Shown here in pieces: positions 10,922 through 18,700 of a stretch of DNA of 64,000 nucleotides (the first letter of the stretch is position 1; each line of letters opens with the position of its first letter). Source of the stretch: a virus. The stretch covers positions 38,193-102,192 of the IMG/VR virus record IMGVR_UViG_3300032073_000011; one strand, 5' to 3'. A program made the translations under genes and the position numbers. The notes beneath the pieces were generated by a model that worked only from the letters and a program-made list of their open reading frames with translations, did no database searches and had not been told where the DNA came from.

Positions 10922-11842
10922 CTAAAAGTTAGTTATTGTACCAAACGCTTGACTAAAATCAATATTGTTCCCTCTATTTTCTTTTACTTCGTATAATTGT
11001 CCGTTAAATTGGTCTCTTACTTCATATAAATCATATTGCATATATATGTTGTTGGTACCAGATAAATCGTAAAGTGTGTAAATTCCATTATCGATAGATT
11101 TGGCTTGATTTCCATATAATGCGATAGCAAGTGTATCGAAATCATGGTCTACCATTTCTATGTCGAGTACAGTGGGATTAAAGTAAGTGTTAGTGATTAT
11201 GACTGATTGTCCGGGTTGTCCTATAAATGGTATAGCATTTGGATTATTAGATGGTGCACTTGTCGGTGTTAAGGTACAGTAAACCAAATTAGTTTTTGCA
11301 TTTGTATATACATATCTAGGTGAGGTTTGATTCGGGTTTGTATTATTTTGTTCTACTGTTGTACAATAAAAATTAGAAGTGACTATTCTATAAAAATTAT
11401 TAATTTTTGCTCCACTATCAGCGTCTAAATATTCTATTCTATAACCTACTAAATCCATAGGTGAAAATCTATTTCTAAATTGTGCGGGTATAGTGTTTAA
11501 ATCGAACACCAAACCTTTTACGTTTGGTAGTGATGATAATATACCACAATCTAATATTGTGGTTCTAATTTCTATAGGTCTTATGTAAACAGTATATATC
11601 CCTTTATTAGAAAATACGGCTGAAGGTAATTTTAAATCGTAAAGACCGCCTAGTACCTCTCCTACTGGACCACCTGTTTGTAAACCATTATGTACTATTG
11701 GTGTTAGTACGGTTGCAGCATTTATTTCGAAAACAGAAACAGCTGAACTTGCGTCTCGGTCTGCCTGTTGGTGTACTATTATTTGTACATCCTCAACTTT
11801 TACGTCTGCTGGTCTTTTAATTCCGTATGCTCCTAATGCCAT
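10922..11842 (-). CDS. Hypothetical virion structural protein (306 aa)
   Basis: Tightly packed ORF in the baseplate/tail operon; no recognised motif. Confidence 0.6.
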   Translation of the reverse strand: MALGAYGIKRPADVKVEDVQIIVHQQADRDASSAVSVFEINAATVLTPIVHNGLQTGGPVGEVLGGLYDLKLPSAVFSNKGIYTVYIRPIEIRTTILDCGILSSLPNVKGLVFDLNTIPAQFRNRFSPMDLVGYRIEYLDADSGAKINNFYRIVTSNFYCTTVEQNNTNPNQTSPRYVYTNAKTNLVYCTLTPTSAPSNNPNAIPFIGQPGQSVIITNTYFNPTVLDIEMVDHDFDTLAIALYGNQAKSIDNGIYTLYDLSGTNNIYMQYDLYEVRDQFNGQLYEVKENRGNNIDFSQAFGTITNF

Positions 11843-11845
11843 ATT

Positions 11846-12067
11846 CTATGGTTGTTTTTCTACTTTATAGTAACCGTATCCGTGTAATTCTAAATCACCT
11901 ATACTATTTATTTGACCTAGTCTTTGTGGTTTTTCAAATACAGTTATTTTACCCCTTTCAATAAATATATTTGACCTTACTTCTGGTCTTTGGCAAACAT
12001 TCATGAGTACCTCTAATTTTGTTAGTGGTAAAATACATCCTGTTACTTTTACTTCGCTTAATGCCAT
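11846..12067 (-). CDS. Small structural protein (73 aa), possibly the separated C-terminal domain of the 12731-21487 protein family
   Basis: ATG with its own TATTTAT 13 nt upstream; 3-nt gap to the next gene. Confidence 0.6.
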   Translation of the reverse strand: MALSEVKVTGCILPLTKLEVLMNVCQRPEVRSNIFIERGKITVFEKPQRLGQINSIGDLELHGYGYYKVEKQP

Positions 12068-12080
12068 TACTTATTTTATA

Positions 12081-12087
12081 ATAAATA
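12081..12087 (-). promoter_or_regulatory. TATTTAT putative phage late promoter
   Basis: 13 nt upstream of ATG at 12067. Confidence 0.6.
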
Positions 12088-12096
12088 TCATAACAC

Positions 12097-12729
12097 TTAT
12101 TTCCCTACTAATTCTGTTGCTGGAAAATATTTTTTGTAGTCTCTTAGGTAAATTTCGTCGTCGTATTTAAATCCGTTATTTATTCTCTGTATTTGTTTTA
12201 CCGATGGAAATTGTAATTTTGTAACCCAGAGACCTTCAATAACCTCTTCTTCTATATTCCAATTAGAAACTATCATATTATTTCTTTTAACATGGGGTGC
12301 GTAAGCTAGACCTACTTTTTCAAAGCTGTAAGGTTCACAATCTTTTATACCCCCCCTATAACAAATTTTATTTAATTCTACATTTTCTCTATTTTGGTAG
12401 TATACATCCATATAAAAATCACATTCTTCTAGTGCTACCCTAGATAAATCTATCAAAGTATCTCTAATTAATTCTAATTTATTATTACCGTCATCTATTA
12501 AAATAATATCTATATCCCAGCTATTCCAATTTATGTTACCATTAATATAATTAGGAAAAGAACCTGTCAACAACACATCAAATTGGTTAAAATAAGATTT
12601 TTTTTCTACAATATTTAACCACTTTTCAAATCTTCTAAGTGTGGGTCGGTAGATTTTTTTACTAACTGATATGGGGCCTACTTCAAAGTTAAAAAATCTA
12701 CCAAATTCTATTTCTCTTCTTATACTCAT
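12097..12729 (-). CDS. Pol-beta-superfamily nucleotidyltransferase-like protein (210 aa)
   Basis: hhhGS...DhDhhh signature (VLLTGSF...WDIDIILID) and a later candidate third Asp (YMDVYY); starts 1 nt after the giant gene's stop. Confidence 0.65.
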   Translation of the reverse strand: MSIRREIEFGRFFNFEVGPISVSKKIYRPTLRRFEKWLNIVEKKSYFNQFDVLLTGSFPNYINGNINWNSWDIDIILIDDGNNKLELIRDTLIDLSRVALEECDFYMDVYYQNRENVELNKICYRGGIKDCEPYSFEKVGLAYAPHVKRNNMIVSNWNIEEEVIEGLWVTKLQFPSVKQIQRINNGFKYDDEIYLRDYKKYFPATELVGK

Positions 12730-12730
12730 C

Positions 12731-15700
12731 TTAGGTTGGCATACACTGACATCTATCCCAATCCCATTGATATCCCTCCGGACAACTTTCAGTTTGTATA
12801 CAAGGTTCTTCGGTCACCCAATCATCCTCGATAGGTCCTCCAGGTCCAATAACTATTGGTACACAACTACAGTCTGATTGAGACCAAACTTGTCCAATAG
12901 GGCACGCCCAAGTTGGTGGTACACAACAGTCACTAGTTGGTTTTGTTACCCACCCTATACCTAACCAAAACTCACAATCACATGGGTTGTATGTGGTAGG
13001 CAGTGTTTGATAAATCCAAGTACCATCTTTTTTAAGTTTTCCACAACATTCGTTACATGGGGTTACTGGTGGTGGACATGGTGAATTTTGACATGCTTGT
13101 AGACTAGTATATGGACCACCTGGTACTGGTACACACTCGTGATTACTTGGGTCGAATATTGTTGGTCGGTGTAGACAATCATAGTAAATACTCCCTGAAA
13201 CTCCACTACATGGAAAGGACCCTGAAGGTGTACAACTAACCCAACCATAAATATTTCCATCAGTAAAAGGAACAATAACACCAGCACCGTAATATTCCCA
13301 ATTTCCATCTTGGTTTGTATCATACACAGCACACGGAGATGAATTAGAAAAACCAGGACCTCTAACGGGGTCATCATGGTCAACCCATCCAGAACCAAAA
13401 TCATTAGGGTCTACATTAGGTGACATCATACAACAATAACAACAACCGTCATTTGGGTCTACGACACATTGGTTCTGGTAAAAGTGTTGGTATGCTGGTG
13501 TTTTCCACTGTAAAGGTAGTGTTGCTCCCCAATTAGTAGACATGTAGGTATCACAATTATTACAATCTACCGCACCAGTACTATTATCACATGGAGAACC
13601 ATCTGTTGTAACCTTACAATCCATCCACATCGCACCACCACCTATATTTACACCTACATTTAATGATGGTTGATATCCGGATTTACAAATTACTTTAGTT
13701 GGTGATGGACCTGAGCCTCCTGGACCTGAGCCTCCTGGACCTGAGCCTCCTGGCCCAGCGGGACTTATAGTTCCATCATTCCTTTTAATCTTTGAATGAG
13801 GGTCATCGTCGTCATGTGGGTCGTCTGGCCCAAATGGGTATGGAACACAACAATAACAACAACCATCATCTGGGTCTGTCACACAATCATTCTCTACGTA
13901 GGCTGGGTTAAATGTAGAATACCATATACCTTCATAATCTATAGGTCCTGTTAAGTAACCAGATAGGGTTTGTGCACAATCTTCACAACCTTGTTTACAA
14001 TTTGCTATACATAATGATAAAGCATTTGGTCCTTGATATTGAGCTGTACCAGTATTATTTTGAATACAGTTACAACTTCCTGGACAATTAACACAATCGT
14101 AACCTATATCCGGTGGTGTTGTTGAACATTTTGGGTCACATGGCCACCATATTGGTCCTCTATTTTGAATATTTATTTCCGGAGTTACTGGTGTTGGGTC
14201 TTGTGTCCCATTATAATATTTCCCCAGTAAGTGATTCTGGTAGATTTGACTAGGTGAATAACTCATAATATCACTACCAGTAAAATGACAATTATCACAA
14301 ACTAAGACATAACAACAATCATCATATGGGTCTTTAACTATATCAAATGGAGTATATATAGTTCCTGATAACCAAAGACCTGCAATATTTGATGATGCTA
14401 GTGGAAGAGTTTGTGTGAAACCTATACTATAGGTACCGTTATGGTGAACGTAAGTTGGTGATATAAACGAAGATGGTGGACATTCTGTTGAACAGTCAGT
14501 TGATTGATTTTCACAACAGTTTGATACTGGTATTCCGTTTTGGCAATCACTAAGGGTAGCGTAGGTCCCAAATCCTGATACGTTAACTACACATTTACAT
14601 AAACCGTTATTACCGGGAACACAATCATATCTACCGGTATGACCAGTATAACAACAATCATTAACTTGAGCTTCACAATCTGCTTGAGTAGGCCAAACAC
14701 CACTTGCTGTTTGTACACATTTACAACCACCTGCTTTTGGACCAAAATCAACACATTCCCAATCTTTTGTTACTCCCGTATAACAACAATTATTATTAAT
14801 TGCTGTTTGACAATCATGTAACGTTGAGTATGGTCCGGTAGGGTCTATGACACAAGAACAATCTTTAGTACATCTCCACATATCTGGCATTGTTCTTCCT
14901 GAACAACATGTTGTTGGGTCATTTTCACAATCAAATAAAGCGTTTGGTCCGGTATAACTTCCCATCCCTGCGGGTACAACGACACATTCACATTTAAAAT
15001 TATTTGCACCTACAGGTCCTATAATTGGAATTTTTCTACACTCGTACTCATCATACCTTATTGTACAACAGTTATTAGAGTTATAACATTCTGTTTGAGA
15101 ACTAAATCCTGTTATGTCATTTGGTATAAACGTACAGTCACATATTTTTGGGTCACATTTCCAACTACCACAACAAGGGTCGTAATTTAGAGTAGTTTGA
15201 CAACCTGATAAACTATTAAAAGCTCCTGTTGGACCATTAACTTGTACACAGACACAAGGAGTTTGTGTACATCTACATGGGGTCATTTGTATGTCCATAC
15301 ATTTATCTCTAAGATATGAACCCCAAATTGCATTTATCCCTAAACACACATCATCCCAACTACTTGATAAGCTCAATATTGTACCACTTGGTGATGTTAC
15401 TCCCGCACCAGCTAAACTAGTAATCATAGAACTCCATGTGTTGTAACTTCCAGGTATCCCTATCATAACGCCCACATTTGGGTGTATTACAATTGGTCCG
15501 TTTACCTGATATAGTGGTGCTGCATTAGGAGTACCTGCAGCATATGTACATGGGTTACTAAATATAGGTCCAGGTCCATAATAAGGGAATTTTATAGTCA
15601 TGACATCGGTTGTTTGTAAATAAGGTACACCTGCTGGTGCTCCTATTACTTCCAATAAATCATACTGATTTAATGTTGCTGTAGGAGGAACCACTAAATT

Positions 15701-18700
15701 ACGGTTAGAACAACTATCCGTAATGGTTCCTGGTATACAATCATAAGTCTGTTGCATAACACCCGGTACACAATCAGGGTCACATGGTATCCACTGTAAA
15801 CTTAATGTTCCACCTCCTGGCCAAACTGGGTTACTTGTATTTAAATCGTTAATATATGCTTGGTAGTAAAAATAAGGTGGTACTGTCCAATCTTGAGATG
15901 TATCCCAAACATTCACATAACAACAAGATGTATTATCAAAACTAAATGTAACAACATCTCCTATGTTATATACTTGTCCTGATACCCAAGGTAAAGCACC
16001 TGTACTCATATTAACTGGTGTTGAGCCTAACACCCAAGACATAGTTCCAGTATCATACATTTGATATGTTATAGGACTATTTGTTGTACAGTGATAACAT
16101 CTACAACAAGAACCATCAGCACCAAATAAAGTTAGTGATTGAACATAAGTTTCACAATCTAACATATTTGTAAATGGATATGGTGAACATGAAGGGGATA
16201 CCGGACCATTTACGAATTGACAATGACAATCTCCTGCTGGAGGAACACAGTCACCACAAACAAAATTACACTCATCAGTACAAGCTGCGGCGTTTGTTCC
16301 AAAGAAAGTAACACATGGATTTCCATCACTACCCATTGGTGGAGTTCCTATATATGATAAACAACCATCAACTGCATGACAACAATATTCAGTTTGTGGT
16401 TCCCTACAAGTTCTATCACCTGTAACTGTTAATTGTTGTTGAGCACAATCTCCTGGTGAGGTAGAACTTGGTAGTCCTGTACCACAAGATGCTGTACCAC
16501 CACTACAAGTCATATCACCCCATGCACAAGCTACAACTGTTGGGTCACCGCACAAATCACAAACACCGGTACCTGGAGGTGCACAATCACAACAGAATCT
16601 ACATCTTTCTTCACACTGTGCTTGAGTAGGGAATCCCATTCCCGTAGGTACGTTACCTAGTGTTACCGCAAAAAAGTAATTATTATTTGGGTCCGAAGGT
16701 CCACCTGCGGCTTGTCCTATCGCTTGTGATTGGTATGCACTACCTTGACCTACAAAGTAGGAGCTTGGTTGACATGGTTGTGAACCTGGGGTGTCATACA
16801 ATCCTGCGTCCGCACCAGCCCAATCACACCACCATTCTTCTGATAAGTTTTGACATAAACAATTAGTATTTGCCAGTTCACAAGCTGTAGCTGAAGGATA
16901 TGTAACTGAAGCTAACGACATTGGTATAAATTGGCAAGTTTGTGCTCCTTGGGAATTACACTCCCAAGTACACCATTCTTGACATCCTGATAAACTAGTA
17001 AAAGTTCCTCCACTACCCATTACTGGGTAACAACCTACACCACCCACACAAGGATTACCCGCCACTGTAGGACAGTTACAACTACTGTCACATTCCCAGG
17101 TCATAATACTTGTATTTCCCGTACAACAAAATGCAAATCCAGGGTCTATCTGTGATTGACATAGGTCTAGAGACCCATAAGGCCAGGTAGTCAAAACACC
17201 GGTCATTTGAAAAACAATCCCGGGTTGAACTGGTGGCCATGTAAATGGAAATGGTGAATAACCATTAAAATGAATACCTAAGTTACCTGTCCCTGGTGAA
17301 TATATATCATTTAAATAATCTTGCATAACTACACAATTAGAAACATCTACTGGTTCTAATCCTGCTGGTGGTCCTGGGTCTGCACAATAACAGTCTGCTG
17401 TACATTGGTCGATACCCATTCCAATTAATGGTGTACTACAAGTTCCACCCGTATAACAGTTATTTTGTGTTGCCCATATCGAAACGTTTACACCTGGAGG
17501 TGGGTCAAATATACCACCCACACCACTAGCTGTAGAAGAAGGCAGTGACCCACAACCTGAAGTGCAACCACTAGGGGTACACCACATTGTAGCGGCAGAA
17601 CTAGGTCCATCACAAGGACCACAAGGGTCACCTATAGTTGGTACTGGAGTTGCTGGGTCATAAGCTGGTAGTCTTTCACATGTTTGCCAACAATTTGGTG
17701 GTCCGTTTACTGTATATGGTCCATCATCTGGGGGACTAGAATCACAATCATAACCTGTACCAGTTATATCTGGTGGACACATACACATGAAACAACATTC
17801 AGGTGTATTTCCGTCACTATAACTTACAGTCTCAAACATATTATAAGTGTTAGTGTTAGACCATGGCCCTGACCAAGTAAATGCACTAGTAATTGGTATT
17901 CCGTTTACAGTTAACCAATCTTCACATGCACAATTACAAGTTTCTTCTACAGGTGCACAACAAGTCATACCTGTTGTGTTTAGTGGGTCTGGGTCCGGAC
18001 ATAATGCGTTAACACAATCTATCATGTCACAGTAAGGTAATCCTGGATTGTCATCAAAACACTGTACAATACCAGTTAATCCATTCATTGAATTTACATA
18101 AGCTGGAGAACAACAATTAACATTTGTTGGGCCAACCTGTAGGTCTAAGTTAGTTTGTGAAATCCAATAACATGGTAGTTGTCCTCCACCACCACCTTGT
18201 AGTGCTGGACCTGTAGTTGTGTAAGCTGACCAACCATTTAGTCCTGCTTGAATTGGGTCATCTTCACATACTGCTCTACAACATTCTGTTGCGTTACAAC
18301 ATTCTTCAAAAGAGGTATACCCCGTAGGGTTACCAAATGGGTCTGTCGGGGAACCTGGGGACCAAGTAACTCCAAGTTGTATCATAACATACTCACTTGC
18401 GTAGTATGTACATCCACCTACTTGTTGTCCTATTTGTGCAGGGGGATTTGTATCGTCATATACAAAACAATCAAAACCACCAGGACAAGTACACCCTGTT
18501 TGACATTGTGGTAAATCTGGGAATGTTGGTGGACTACCGAATGGGTTTGGTGGCCAATAAGGACAGGACGCTGCGTTAGTAATTGGGTCTTGGTATATGG
18601 TACATGGTGTAGGATTTGTACAATCACAAACATAACATACGGTAGAACAGGAACAGTTCATTTCACAATCAATGTGCCCCTGTAAATCATATGCGTAACC

